Shown piece by piece: positions 10,127 to 20,409 of a DNA stretch of 64,000 nt; positions within the stretch are counted from its first letter, which is position 1; every line of letters begins with the position of its first letter. Made by a program: the position numbers and the translations under genes. The notes beneath the pieces are model-generated. The model was not told the DNA's origin and searched no databases. It saw only the letters and a program-made list of their open reading frames with translations. Source of the DNA: an uncultured Collinsella sp. (GTDB lineage Bacteria > Actinomycetota > Coriobacteriia > Coriobacteriales > Coriobacteriaceae); NCBI GenBank assembly GCA_900544645.1, contig UQWG01000002.1:10715-74714 (forward strand), read 5' to 3'.

Positions 10127-11794
10127 TTAGAACAGGCCGGTGATGTTGCCGTCGTTGTCGACGTCGATGTTCTCGGCCGCGGGCACCTTGGGCAGACCCG
10201 GCATAGTTAGAACGCTGCCAGTCAGTGCGACCACAAAGTGGGCACCGGCGGAAACCTTGAGCTCGCGCACGGTGATGCGGAAATTCTCGGGAGCGCCCAG
10301 GGCCTTGGCGTTGTCGCTAAAGCTGTACTGCGTCTTGGCGACGCACACCGGCAGGTTGCCAAAGCCGTTCTCACGCAGCTCGGCAAGCTGACGCTTGGCA
10401 GCCGGCGTAAAGTCGACGCCATCGGCGCGATAAACCTTGGTGGCAACGGCCTCGAGGGCATCGGCAACGTCGGCGCCGTCCTCGTAGGCAAACTTGAGCT
10501 CGCTCGGCTGCTCAATCAGACGCATGACCTCATCGGCCAGGTCGAGCGCGCCCTCGCCGCCCTTGGCCCAAACCTCGGAAAGCTTAACGTTGACGCCAAG
10601 CTTCTGGCACTCGGACTCGATGAGCGCAAGCTCGGCCTCGGTGTCCGTCGGGAAGCGGTTGATGGCGACCACGCAGGGCAGACCATAAACGTTCTGGATG
10701 TTGTCGACGTGGCGCAGCAGGTTGGGCATGCCAGCCTTGAGTGCCTCAAGGTTCTCCTCGTTGAGGTCGGCCTTGGCAACGCCACCGTTGTACTTCAGCG
10801 CACGAGCGGTCGCGACGACCACGACGGCGCTGGGGCGAACGCCCGTCATGCGGCACTTGATATCGAGGAACTTTTCGGCACCCAAGTCGGCACCGAAGCC
10901 AGCCTCGGTAATGGCGACATCGCCAAAGCGCATAGCCATACGCGTAGCCATGATGGAGTTGCAGCCATGGGCAATGTTGGCGAAGGGGCCGCCGTGGACA
11001 AACGCGGGCGTGCCCTCGAGCGTTTGCACCAAGTTGGGCTTGAGCGCGTCCTTAAGCAACGCGGCCATGGCACCCTGGGCCTTAAGGTCGCGGGCACGGA
11101 CAGGCTCGCCGGCAAAGCTGTAGCCGACGACGATCTCACCCAAGCGTTCCTTGAGGTCGCTGATGCTCGTAGACAGGCACAGGATTGCCATGACCTCGGA
11201 GGCGACGGTGATATCAAAGCCGTCCTCACGCGGTACGCCCTGGGCCTTGCCGCCAATGCCGTCGATGACGTGGCGCAGCTGGCGGTCGTTCATGTCGACG
11301 ACGCGCTTCCAGGTGATGCGCTTAACGTCAATACCGAGCTGATTGCCCTGCTGGATGTGGTTATCGAGCATGGCGGCCAGCAGGTTGTTGGCAGCACCGA
11401 TGGCATGGAAGTCGCCGGTAAAGTGCAGGTTGATGTCCTCCATGGGAATGACCTGGGCCCAACCGCCACCAGCGGCACCGCCCTTGACGCCAAAGACAGG
11501 GCCGAGCGAAGGCTCACGCAGGGCCACGGCGCTCTTGATACCGCGACGACGCAGACCATCGGCCAGACCGATGGTCGTGGTGGTCTTGCCCTCGCCCGCA
11601 GGCGTGGGGTTGATAGCGGTCACGAGGACGAGCTTAGCCTGATGGTCAGTTGGCTCGTTGAGCAGTGAATAGTCGACCTTAGCCTTGTCGAAGCCGTACG
11701 GAATAAGGTGCTTAACGTCGACGCCGGCGTTCTTGGCCACCTCGGTAATAGGCAGCGGCGTGACAGAACGTGCGATTTCGATGTCAGTAGGCAT
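10127..11794 (-). CDS. fhs: Formate--tetrahydrofolate ligase
   Basis: [35 protein letters not shown] and KTQYSFSD motifs; start MPTDIEIA with AAAGGA RBS. Confidence 0.97.
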   Translation of the reverse strand: MPTDIEIARSVTPLPITEVAKNAGVDVKHLIPYGFDKAKVDYSLLNEPTDHQAKLVLVTAINPTPAGEGKTTTTIGLADGLRRRGIKSAVALREPSLGPVFGVKGGAAGGGWAQVIPMEDINLHFTGDFHAIGAANNLLAAMLDNHIQQGNQLGIDVKRITWKRVVDMNDRQLRHVIDGIGGKAQGVPREDGFDITVASEVMAILCLSTSISDLKERLGEIVVGYSFAGEPVRARDLKAQGAMAALLKDALKPNLVQTLEGTPAFVHGGPFANIAHGCNSIMATRMAMRFGDVAITEAGFGADLGAEKFLDIKCRMTGVRPSAVVVVATARALKYNGGVAKADLNEENLEALKAGMPNLLRHVDNIQNVYGLPCVVAINRFPTDTEAELALIESECQKLGVNVKLSEVWAKGGEGALDLADEVMRLIEQPSELKFAYEDGADVADALEAVATKVYRADGVDFTPAAKRQLAELRENGFGNLPVCVAKTQYSFSDNAKALGAPENFRITVRELKVSAGAHFVVALTGSVLTMPGLPKVPAAENIDVDNDGNITGLF

Positions 11795-11939
11795 GGGCGG
11801 TCCTTTCGTTACCGAATGAGAAAAAGACCAATTCAGCATAGCACGGGCGCGCAATAGTAAAAACGCCCATAACCGATGAACGGCGATATGTTTACCCGAT
11901 GCCCAGCGATAGCCCAACAGCCCGCCAAAACAAAGCGCC

Positions 11940-13010
11940 CTAAACGGTAGGTTCAATCCCCAGGTGCTCAAAGGTGCGAAGGGTTGCCTGACGGCCCTGC
12001 GGCGTACGAATCATCAACCCGCACTGCAGCAAATAGGGCTCATAGACATCCTCGAGCGTGCCCGGGTCCTCGCCCACCGCGCTGGCAAGGGTCGTAAGTC
12101 CCACGGCACGACCGGAGAACGTCTTGGCGAGCGTCTCCAAAATGCGAATATCCATCCAGTCCAGACCGAGCTCGTCGATCTCGAAGAACTCGAGCGCCTG
12201 GCGGCAGATATCGAGCTCGATGGGGCCGTTGCCGCGCACCTGTGCGTAATCGCGCACGCGCTTAAGAAGGCGGTTGGCAAGACGTGGCGTGCCGCGCGAA
12301 CGCGAGCCGATCTCGAGTGCGCTGGAATGGTCGATCGTCACGCCCAGGATAGTCGCCGAGCGCGTCACAATCTGCGCGAGCTCCTCGACCGTGTAGTAAT
12401 CCAGGCGATATGAAATGCCAAAGCGGTCGCGCAACGGGCCGGTCAACATGCCTGAGCGGGTCGTTGCCGCTACCAGCGTAAACTTGGGAATATCCAGGCG
12501 AATCGAGCGCGCCGCCGGACCCTTGCCAATCACGATATCGAGGGCAAAGTCCTCCATCGCGGGGTACAGGACCTCCTCGACCGAACGGTTGAGGCGGTGG
12601 ATCTCGTCGATAAACAGCACATCACCCGGCTGCAAGTTAGTAAGGATGGCCGCTAGGTCGCCCGTGCGCGCGATGGCAGGGCCACTCGTGGTCTTGATCT
12701 GAGCGCCTAGCTCGTTAGCGATAACGGTGGCCAGCGTGGTCTTGCCCAGGCCCGGAGGACCCGAGAAGATCACGTGGTCGAGCGTCTCGCCACGGCTCTG
12801 CGCCGCTTCAATCAACACGCGCAGGCTTTGCTTGATGTGCTCCTGGCCACAGTAATCGTCCAGGCGCTGGGGGCGCAAAGTGCGATCGACATCGAGGTCC
12901 TCGGCCGTCAGCTCCGAGCCCACCATGCGCTCGCCGTGCGCCATGGATGCCGCCGGCGAGTTACCGGGCGTCGCCCACAGGTCCTGAGAGTCATCGGCTT
13001 CCCACATCAC
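11940..13010 (-). CDS. ruvB: Holliday junction branch migration ATPase RuvB
   Basis: [28 protein letters not shown] and YEPYL motifs. Confidence 0.97.
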   Translation of the reverse strand: MMWEADDSQDLWATPGNSPAASMAHGERMVGSELTAEDLDVDRTLRPQRLDDYCGQEHIKQSLRVLIEAAQSRGETLDHVIFSGPPGLGKTTLATVIANELGAQIKTTSGPAIARTGDLAAILTNLQPGDVLFIDEIHRLNRSVEEVLYPAMEDFALDIVIGKGPAARSIRLDIPKFTLVAATTRSGMLTGPLRDRFGISYRLDYYTVEELAQIVTRSATILGVTIDHSSALEIGSRSRGTPRLANRLLKRVRDYAQVRGNGPIELDICRQALEFFEIDELGLDWMDIRILETLAKTFSGRAVGLTTLASAVGEDPGTLEDVYEPYLLQCGLMIRTPQGRQATLRTFEHLGIEPTV

Positions 13011-13627
13011 GCATCCATTCCGAGTCGCTTAAGCGCCGCGCCGAGCAGATCCTCGACACGCATATCCTGCCCATCATACCCGCTCAGAGCGACATCGGTC
13101 TCCTGCGGGCTAAAGCCCATGGAAAGGAGTGCCGCACGGGCATCGTCGATGGCCGAGGGAGCGGCAGCGGGCACGGGCATCGCAACCTGTCCGGGAATCA
13201 CGTCGACTGGCACAAAGCCTTTGTCCTTGGCAAAGGTGCTCTTGAGCTCCAGGATCAGACGCTGAGCTGTCTTTTTGCCCACACCGGGCACCTTGGCCAT
13301 GCCCTTGTCGTCCTCGGCCATCACCAGCGAATACAGCTGCCCCACGGTATAGGTAGAAAGCACGGCGAGCGCCAAGCGCGGACCAACACCCGAGACGGAC
13401 ACGAGCCGGTCGAACATCGTGCGCTCATCCTTTGAGGAAAAACCGAAAAGTGTCATGGCGTCCTCGCGCACCTGCATACGCGTGTAGAGGCGGACCTCGC
13501 CGCCGGGCGTCGGCAACGTGGCCGCAGTGCTGCCCGAAATGCCGAGCTCAAAGCCAACGCCCGACACATCGACGACGGCAGAGCTCATCGTGGCCTCGAC
13601 AAGCGTTCCATGGAGCTGGGAAATCAT
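13007..13627 (-). CDS. ruvA: Holliday junction branch migration protein RuvA
   Basis: MISQLHG start overlapping the ruvC stop; [21 protein letters not shown] and [16 protein letters not shown] motifs. Confidence 0.95.
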   Translation of the reverse strand: MISQLHGTLVEATMSSAVVDVSGVGFELGISGSTAATLPTPGGEVRLYTRMQVREDAMTLFGFSSKDERTMFDRLVSVSGVGPRLALAVLSTYTVGQLYSLVMAEDDKGMAKVPGVGKKTAQRLILELKSTFAKDKGFVPVDVIPGQVAMPVPAAAPSAIDDARAALLSMGFSPQETDVALSGYDGQDMRVEDLLGAALKRLGMDA

Positions 13628-14148
13628 CAGTATCCGGTTCCTCTCTGTTGATAGAACTCGCCACCGGTGAGGGCGCGGGTGCGGCTGAGGTTTACGTGGC
13701 AGATGGCACAGGCCAGGGCATCGGCGGCATGGTCGGGATGCGGGTCGTGGTCGAGCTGCGTGAGCGTGCGTACCATGTAGGCGACCTGCCGCTTGTCCGC
13801 GGCGCCGGTGCCCACCACGGCCTGTTTGATCTGCATGGGCGTGTACTCGCCAATCTCGAGCGCGCACTCCGAAAGCGCCACAAGCGCAGCACCTCGGGCA
13901 TGCGCCGTGGGAATGGCCGAACGAACGTTGGCACCAAAGTAGATGCTCTCGACAGCAGCCGTGTCGGGTCGATAACGCTCAACGACATCCTTGAGGTCGC
14001 GGGCGATATGCGACAGGCGCACCGCGAGCGGACTTCCGGCACTGGTCTCGATGCAGCCATAGGCACGGCAGCGAACCTCGCCACGCCGCTCCTCGATAAT
14101 CCCCCAACCCGTATGAGCCAAACCGGGGTCAATGCCCAAGATAACCAA
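13627..14148 (-). CDS. ruvC: Crossover junction endodeoxyribonuclease RuvC
   Basis: ILGIDPG, ARG, KQAVVGTGAADK and DHAADALA motifs; TTG start after GGGGAGG. Confidence 0.95.
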   Translation of the reverse strand: MVILGIDPGLAHTGWGIIEERRGEVRCRAYGCIETSAGSPLAVRLSHIARDLKDVVERYRPDTAAVESIYFGANVRSAIPTAHARGAALVALSECALEIGEYTPMQIKQAVVGTGAADKRQVAYMVRTLTQLDHDPHPDHAADALACAICHVNLSRTRALTGGEFYQQRGTGY

Positions 14149-14203
14149 GCCGACCTCCCCTCGCCACAAGCACAGCGCAAGACAAGGCCCCGCGCATCAT
14201 TCA

Positions 14204-14217
14204 CGAACGTCTGTTCT
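14204..14217. promoter_or_regulatory. LexA (SOS, Cheo-type) box upstream of ruvCAB
   Basis: CGAAC-GTCT-GTTCT matches the Gram-positive GAAC-N4-GTTC consensus; a minus-strand extended -10 (TGtTATTAT) sits immediately upstream. Confidence 0.75.
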
Positions 14218-14285
14218 ATAATAACACAATGGGGCCAAGATGCTTAGTTGAAGTATCGGGGTTGAGAGCGAATCCTATCCCATAA

Positions 14286-16271
14286 TTAGTTCTGCGAGAA
14301 AAAGGGGAACTGCCTCGGATCCACTGGCGGGTGCGACATCGGTCCGCTCTGGGGCCCACCCTGCGAGCCGCCCTGACCGCCCATCATCTTATCGATGGCG
14401 TCCTGAACTTCGCCCTCGAACTTTTTCATTCCCTCGTGCAAACGACGCTGACCGTCCTCAGAGCGCAGCTCCTCCATTTGCTCGGGCGAAATACCCAACA
14501 GGTCACCCAGTATGCCCATCATCTCGTTTCGCACGCGCTCGCTCGTATCCTCGTCGGCAAAGCGGCGCACCTCGGCGCGCGCCAGCGAATCGACCGTCAT
14601 GCGCTCCTTGCCGCTGAGTCCCAGATCGGACCACGCAAGCATGTAGGGCCAGGAGCGCTCAACAAACGAACGTGCCGAGACGATCGGAGCCGTCGGCAGC
14701 ATGCGGCGAGCAGCCTCACCCTGTCGAACGAGCATCAGCAGCAGCGAGCAAGCCTCAGGCTTGCCGGCGGCCATTGGGATGTCGTCGAAAGATCGATTGC
14801 GGTCCACGTGCGCCTCGAGCGCGCCATCGACCTCGCCCGGCTCAAGTCCGCCGAGCAGCTGCGCCGCACGATCGAGCATGTCGACCGGGCCGTCGAGCGT
14901 CGAGAGCGCCCGCGCCAGCACGCGCTCCATGCAATCCTCCACCGCGTTGAGCGTCACGAGCTCCTGCGGCACCACGGCGGACGTGCGGTTACGCACACGC
15001 GCCACAAACTCGAGCGTCGACAGGTATACGTCACCAAAGGGCGCATAATCGCCCTGGTAGCCACCGCAAAGCGCGGGCGCCGCCAGCGCGTACTCAGTTT
15101 TGGACAGTGGGCTCAACGCCATCGCACCCAGCTCGAGCGCCGTATCCTCCAGCATGAGGCCCAGCGTACGCGAGCGCAGGCGCTCGGCGTCGCCCGCCGA
15201 CACATCGCGGTCGAGCACACGCGCCGCATCCGGTGCATCGCGCTCGACGGTGCGAATGTGCAGACGCTCGGCGATGGCGCGGACGGCGGCACAGCGGGCA
15301 GCCTCGGCCTCTTCCTGCGCCGGCGTAAAGATACGGTTGCGCCCCAGCACCAGGCCAATCACATTGCGCGGGCCCAGAGCGTCGACGGCCAGCGCCGCCA
15401 GCAGGGACGACGGCAAGTCACCCTCGAGTGCCACCACAGCACGCGACGCACCGTGGGCTCGGGCGTTGTCGCGCACGGCGAGCACCAGCGCCTGCCACAG
15501 CCACTCCTCGGAACGGAACTCGGGCAGTTCGTGATCCTCCAGGGCATCGAGCATCACGCCGCGCTGAATCTCCTGAACCAGCAGGCTCTCCTCAAAGCAC
15601 GGCGCCTGGGCCACCACGCGACCGCAGTCGTCGAGCACAAACGAACCGCCGGTATACACCGACTCGTCATAGGCACCGACCGGCGCCATGCAGGCAAACC
15701 ACACGCTGCGCTTGGATGCGATCTTGCGGTAGGCGCCGCTGCGAACGGCAGCAATGGCGGCAGTCTCGCAGTCGGTCATGTCAAACGCGTTGAATTGGAA
15801 ATACGCAATGAGGTCAACACCGGTCGGCAGCATCTCGAGTTCGCGGTCCAAGTCAAAAATCACGGCGATGCGCACGCCGTCCACGTCGAACACCGGCGGC
15901 GCCCAACGTGTGTCGTTGTTCTCGCCACGCTGCAGGGCAATGCTCGAACGCGCCGGCACCACATGACCGTCCTTGAGCATCATGTAGTCGAGCAGCGGCT
16001 GGCCCTCAAACGAAACCGCCGCGGGCACGATGCAGATCATGTCAAGCTCCTGGATACGCTCGGCGACACCAGTCAAACCGGCAAGCACGTCGTGCTCAAA
16101 GTCGGCAGCGCCCACCAGGCCAGCGGGCATGGCGCCCATAAAGAGCGGAGCCGGAACGCACAGCACGCGCGCCCCGCGCTCGTGGGCCAGACGAGCCTGG
16201 TCCTCGATGCGGCCGCAAATGCCCTCAATATCACCCAGGCGCATATCGATCTGTGCAAGCGCGAGCTTCAT
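14286..16271 (-). CDS. Degenerate glutamine-dependent NAD+ synthetase-like protein (nitrilase domain plus NadE-like domain)
   Basis: MKLALAQ start, YTGGSFV..G, FEE, ALVLAVRD, A.DALG.NV.G, SKTE.A and GDYAP.GDVY all follow the NadE layout, but the catalytic motifs are altered. Confidence 0.75.
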   Translation of the reverse strand: MKLALAQIDMRLGDIEGICGRIEDQARLAHERGARVLCVPAPLFMGAMPAGLVGAADFEHDVLAGLTGVAERIQELDMICIVPAAVSFEGQPLLDYMMLKDGHVVPARSSIALQRGENNDTRWAPPVFDVDGVRIAVIFDLDRELEMLPTGVDLIAYFQFNAFDMTDCETAAIAAVRSGAYRKIASKRSVWFACMAPVGAYDESVYTGGSFVLDDCGRVVAQAPCFEESLLVQEIQRGVMLDALEDHELPEFRSEEWLWQALVLAVRDNARAHGASRAVVALEGDLPSSLLAALAVDALGPRNVIGLVLGRNRIFTPAQEEAEAARCAAVRAIAERLHIRTVERDAPDAARVLDRDVSAGDAERLRSRTLGLMLEDTALELGAMALSPLSKTEYALAAPALCGGYQGDYAPFGDVYLSTLEFVARVRNRTSAVVPQELVTLNAVEDCMERVLARALSTLDGPVDMLDRAAQLLGGLEPGEVDGALEAHVDRNRSFDDIPMAAGKPEACSLLLMLVRQGEAARRMLPTAPIVSARSFVERSWPYMLAWSDLGLSGKERMTVDSLARAEVRRFADEDTSERVRNEMMGILGDLLGISPEQMEELRSEDGQRRLHEGMKKFEGEVQDAIDKMMGGQGGSQGGPQSGPMSHPPVDPRQFPFFSQN

Positions 16272-16310
16272 GCCCCAGCCCTTTCCGTCGTAAACCATCG
16301 AAATCGTAGT

Positions 16311-16343
16311 AAAAGCGCCGGCCGCATAATGCAGCCGGCGCTT
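16311..16343 (-). terminator. Terminator after the superoxide reductase gene
   Basis: AAGCGCCGG...CCGGCGCTT stem with a minus-strand T-run. Confidence 0.55.
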
Positions 16344-16388
16344 GCATGTGCATATGCTAGCTATGATACCCCGAGCGGGGGCGCGCTC

Positions 16389-16751
16389 CTAGAATGTCGC
16401 GGACCACAGCCCGTGCAGGTTGCAGTAGGCATAGACGGTACCGGTCTTGGAGCCGCCCGCGAAAAACGTCGCGGGTTTCATGCCGGGCTCAAGGTAATGA
16501 ACCTCTAAGCGGCCCTCGGCCTCAAGCGCAATCCACTCAATGTAGTGTTCGGGCAGGCTGGGGTGCTCGACCGAGCCAACGCGTGCACGAATCACGTGAC
16601 CGTCGCGCTCGGTCTCGACAACAGGCACGTGCTTCTCGTGCGCCGCGTCCTCAGTGTTTGCGGTCAGTTCCGTGCAACCGGCAGGGGTCGCAACGTCGTC
16701 GCCAAGGGCAGCGATGAGCTTACCGTCGGGGTCCTTAAAGAATTTCGCCAT
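16389..16751 (-). CDS. Superoxide reductase (desulfoferrodoxin family) lacking N-terminal cysteine centre
   Basis: EKHVP, HPSLPEHYIEWI and YCNLHGLW motifs of the SOR centre II. Confidence 0.92.
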   Translation of the reverse strand: MAKFFKDPDGKLIAALGDDVATPAGCTELTANTEDAAHEKHVPVVETERDGHVIRARVGSVEHPSLPEHYIEWIALEAEGRLEVHYLEPGMKPATFFAGGSKTGTVYAYCNLHGLWSATF

Positions 16752-16916
16752 GATGTTCTCCTTTGCTGATGTGCCAATGTTCTTGATGGTTCTTATGCCC
16801 AAAGGCAGACAAACCATCCACGGCATTGCAAATGAACACATAACGGATCAGGCAAGCGGTCGGGCCAAAATGCGTCGACCGTCCTGCCCGCTCCAGCAGT
16901 CCCACCCCGCGCGCGG

Positions 16917-19900
16917 CTAGCGCCCGTCGCCGCCGAGCAGCGCCAGAACATCCTCGCGCGTGAACAGTGCCGACGAGATGCCGTCGCCGCCGAGCACGCT
17001 GTTGACCAGGTCGCGCTTGGACTCCTGCATCTGCATAATGCGCTCCTCGATCGTGTCCTTGGCGATGAGCTTGTACACGGTCACGGTATGTTGCTGGCCA
17101 ATACGATGCGCGCGGTCAGTCGCTTGGTCCTGCGCCGCCACGTTCCACCACGGGTCGTAGTGGATGACCACGTCGGCCGCCGTCAGGTTAAGGCCCACGC
17201 CGCCCGCCTTGAGCGAGATCAAAAAGACCGGCACCTCGCCCGCCTGGAACTGTGCGACCATCTTGGCGCGGCTCTCCTTAGACGAAGCGCCCGTGAGCTT
17301 AAGGAAGGCGATGTCCTCCTTGGCCAAGCGCTTACCGATAATATCGAGCATACCCGTAAACTGGCTGAACAACAGGATGCGATGCCCGCCGTCGAGTGCG
17401 CCGTGCACGAGCTCCATGCACGTATCGAGTTTGGCGCTCCCCGCCTTGTAATCCTCGTAGTGTAGACGCGGGTCGCAGCAAATCTGGCGCAGCTTGGTGA
17501 GCTCGGCGAGCACCTTGAGCTTGTCTTTCTTAAATTCGGATGCCTCGCGGTGCTGCACCTGCTGGGCGATGCGGTCCTGGTTGGCCAGGTAGAGCTTGCG
17601 CTGCTCGCCGGTGAGCTGAGCCACGACGGTGTCCTCGATCTTTTCGGGCAGATCGGCCACCACGTCTTCCTTGACACGGCGCAGCACAAACGGCGACACG
17701 AGTGCCTGCAGGCGAGCGGCGCTGTCACCCTCGGCGTGCTCGACCGGGCTTTCGAAACGCTTGGCAAACGACTCGCGCGTGCCAAGCAGGCCCGGCATCA
17801 AAAAGTCGAAGATGCTCCAGAGCTCGGACAAGCGGTTTTCGATGGGCGTGCCCGTCAGGGCAAAGCGCACGCCTGCCGGCAGGCGCTTGGCGGCGCGCGC
17901 CACCTGCGTGAGCGGGTTTTTAATGTACTGGGCCTCATCGAGCACCACACGGGCAAAGTCCTGCTCGACGTACTCGTCGATATCGCGTCGCATAAGGTCA
18001 TACGACGTTACAACCACGTTATGCTCGGCCACGCCGGCGATCTGCACGCGGCGTTGAGCCTTGGCGCCCACAATGGCGCACACGTCGAGCGAAGGCGCAA
18101 AGCGCTCCAGCTCGGCAGTCCAGTTGTACACAAGCGACGCAGGGCACACCACAAGCGTGGGCTTGGCGTCCCCCGCCTCCACGCGCGCCAGGATATGCGC
18201 GATCATCTGCAGCGTTTTGCCCAGGCCCATATCGTCGGCCAAGATGCCGCCAAGACCCAGGTGCTCGAGCGAGCCGAGCCACTGGTAGCCGTCGACCTGA
18301 TAGCCGCGCAGTGTGGCCTTGAGCGAGACCGGCACCGTAAAATCCATCTTGCCGAGCGTATCCAAGCGCTCGACAGTACGACGGAATGCAGCGTCGCGAT
18401 CGGCTTCGAGCGCGGGCGTGCGCGCAAGCATGCTGTCAACGAACAGAGTACTCGACGCGGGAAGCGACACGCCGTCGAGCAGGTCGACGGCATCGACCCC
18501 CAAATCCTCGGCAAGGCCAAACGCAGCGCGCGCTCCCTCGTCCAGGCGAACGATGTCGCCCGACGTGAGACGTGCAAACGTCTGGTGACGCTTGTAGGAG
18601 TCGAGGTAGATGGCAAGGTCTGCCGCCGAAAGGCCGCTCGCGCCCAGTTCGACATCGAGCAGGTTGCTCTTGACGGTCGCGCGCACCGAAAGCTTGGGCG
18701 CAGGGCGCACCGAGATCTGGCGCAGACGATCGCTGAGCATGACCTCGCCCAGCTCGGACAAGGCAGACAGGCCCTCGGTCAGCAGGCGGAACAGGCTCTC
18801 GTCATCGCGTTCCTCAAACGCCAGGCCGCCCTCGTAAAAGTCGAAATACAGGGCCGCCGTATCCATAACGCGAAACTCCGCTATCTCGTCGCGCGGCGGC
18901 ACACCAGGGCGCGGCTCTTCGAAGGGGCTGCCCGGAGCACCCAGGCTAAAGAGATCTGCCGACCAGTCGCCGTAGGCAACTGTAATCTTGCAGGTCACAA
19001 GCCCGTCATCGACACCGATCGCCATGGCAAAGCTCGGCTCGGGCGCCACGGTATCGAGCGCAGCGGGCGCGGTAAGGTCGGTGTAGTCGCGCAGAATGGG
19101 CAGCGCCATACGACAGAACTCCCCCACCTGGTCGGCAGCGATGTGGACCGGCGTGCGACAGGGCAGCAAGCGCGATAGGAACGGCGCCGCATGCTGGGCA
19201 AACGCCACATCGGTGCGGCGCGCGCGGCGGGTGTCGACCAGATAGGCAACGTCGCCCGAAGCAAAGCAGTATGCATCGGCCGGCAGGCGCAGATCGTAGC
19301 TGCCACCAGCCGCCGGCGCGATTTTGGCGGCAAGAAGCGGCGGGCGCTTAGCCAGCGCCTCGTCCTCCCCTTCCGGAGGCATCTCAACCGCCACGTCATA
19401 GGTGCGATGCGTCGTCGTCCCCCGCGACCAGGCGGGCTCAAAGGAGATGGTCTGGCCACGCAGCAGGTCCAGCACATATACGATGCTATGCTCGGACAGC
19501 GGCAGCTGACGCTCGGCGACAAAACCGCTGCGGGCAAAGTCGTACGACGCCGAACGCGAGCTTGTGATGTCATCGAGATAGGCAACGGTCGTCACAACAA
19601 GGTTGAGCAGCTTTATCGACACGTCTTCGAAGGCTTCGGGCGTATGGACAAACGTGAGCTTCTTGCCGTACGAGAAGGTACCGCCTCGGACATAGGCGTC
19701 GGTCATGCCGTCGATATCCTTGACCACGTAGGACACCGAACCGCAGCGAATGCGGAACTCGAGCGCCCAGCTAAAGCGGTCGGCGAACAGCGGATTGTAG
19801 TACGGCACCAACGAGGGCTCCAACGCCGCTTTGGGGGCGTCGGGATCAACGGCACCGGCAAGCTTGCGACGCATGCTCGCCAGCTCATCCATGCGCGCGT

Positions 19901-20381
19901 CCGAAAGATCGGAGAGCGCCGCCATGAGACTGGGGCTCGTGGGGACGGGCGCCGGAAAGGGAAAATTGGGGTTGACGGCCGGCGCTTTGGGCGCGGTGCG
20001 CGCGGGCTGTTTCGGCTGCGCCGTAAACGTGCGAACCGGCGTGCGCAGCCCCTCAACAGGCTCAATGCCGCTGGCGTCCAGATACGCCAGCGCTGTAGCG
20101 ATGGCGTGCTTGCACATGCCGGGGTAGCGATAGACAGCGGGGCAATCGCAGTCGTAGTCGATCACCTCGTGCTCGTCCATGTCGAGCGCCACGTGCGTCT
20201 TGTACAGGTCGCCGCGCGAGCCGCGCACCGAACCCTCGATGTTCACGTTTTTGGAGAGGCGCGAGCCGGAGTCCTCAAACGACAGCACAGCGCCGTTGAG
20301 CATGAGCGAGCGCCCCTTCATAAAGGTACTGCTGAGCGCCGCCTCTTTCCGGAGCGCCTGCACAAACGTCCCCTGCGCCAT
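16917..20381 (-). CDS. SWIM zinc finger + SNF2-family helicase
   Basis: CDC-x-CKH SWIM motif; LRGYQ, LADDMGLGKT, DEAQ, LTGTPIEN and QATDRAHRIGQ helicase motifs. Confidence 0.95.
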   Translation of the reverse strand: MAQGTFVQALRKEAALSSTFMKGRSLMLNGAVLSFEDSGSRLSKNVNIEGSVRGSRGDLYKTHVALDMDEHEVIDYDCDCPAVYRYPGMCKHAIATALAYLDASGIEPVEGLRTPVRTFTAQPKQPARTAPKAPAVNPNFPFPAPVPTSPSLMAALSDLSDARMDELASMRRKLAGAVDPDAPKAALEPSLVPYYNPLFADRFSWALEFRIRCGSVSYVVKDIDGMTDAYVRGGTFSYGKKLTFVHTPEAFEDVSIKLLNLVVTTVAYLDDITSSRSASYDFARSGFVAERQLPLSEHSIVYVLDLLRGQTISFEPAWSRGTTTHRTYDVAVEMPPEGEDEALAKRPPLLAAKIAPAAGGSYDLRLPADAYCFASGDVAYLVDTRRARRTDVAFAQHAAPFLSRLLPCRTPVHIAADQVGEFCRMALPILRDYTDLTAPAALDTVAPEPSFAMAIGVDDGLVTCKITVAYGDWSADLFSLGAPGSPFEEPRPGVPPRDEIAEFRVMDTAALYFDFYEGGLAFEERDDESLFRLLTEGLSALSELGEVMLSDRLRQISVRPAPKLSVRATVKSNLLDVELGASGLSAADLAIYLDSYKRHQTFARLTSGDIVRLDEGARAAFGLAEDLGVDAVDLLDGVSLPASSTLFVDSMLARTPALEADRDAAFRRTVERLDTLGKMDFTVPVSLKATLRGYQVDGYQWLGSLEHLGLGGILADDMGLGKTLQMIAHILARVEAGDAKPTLVVCPASLVYNWTAELERFAPSLDVCAIVGAKAQRRVQIAGVAEHNVVVTSYDLMRRDIDEYVEQDFARVVLDEAQYIKNPLTQVARAAKRLPAGVRFALTGTPIENRLSELWSIFDFLMPGLLGTRESFAKRFESPVEHAEGDSAARLQALVSPFVLRRVKEDVVADLPEKIEDTVVAQLTGEQRKLYLANQDRIAQQVQHREASEFKKDKLKVLAELTKLRQICCDPRLHYEDYKAGSAKLDTCMELVHGALDGGHRILLFSQFTGMLDIIGKRLAKEDIAFLKLTGASSKESRAKMVAQFQAGEVPVFLISLKAGGVGLNLTAADVVIHYDPWWNVAAQDQATDRAHRIGQQHTVTVYKLIAKDTIEERIMQMQESKRDLVNSVLGGDGISSALFTREDVLALLGGDGR

Positions 20382-20409
20382 CACTTCCTCCAATCTCACC
20401 CGGGGTAGC

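Noticed and set aside
11795..11939. ZMP or THF riboswitch upstream of fhs
   Set aside because: No recognisable conserved motif; a promoter-like TGcTATGCT close to the start leaves little leader.
16917..20381. SNF2 helicase as a defence system component
   Set aside because: Stand-alone SWIM-SNF2 next to dnaE with no methylase, nuclease or other defence partners.
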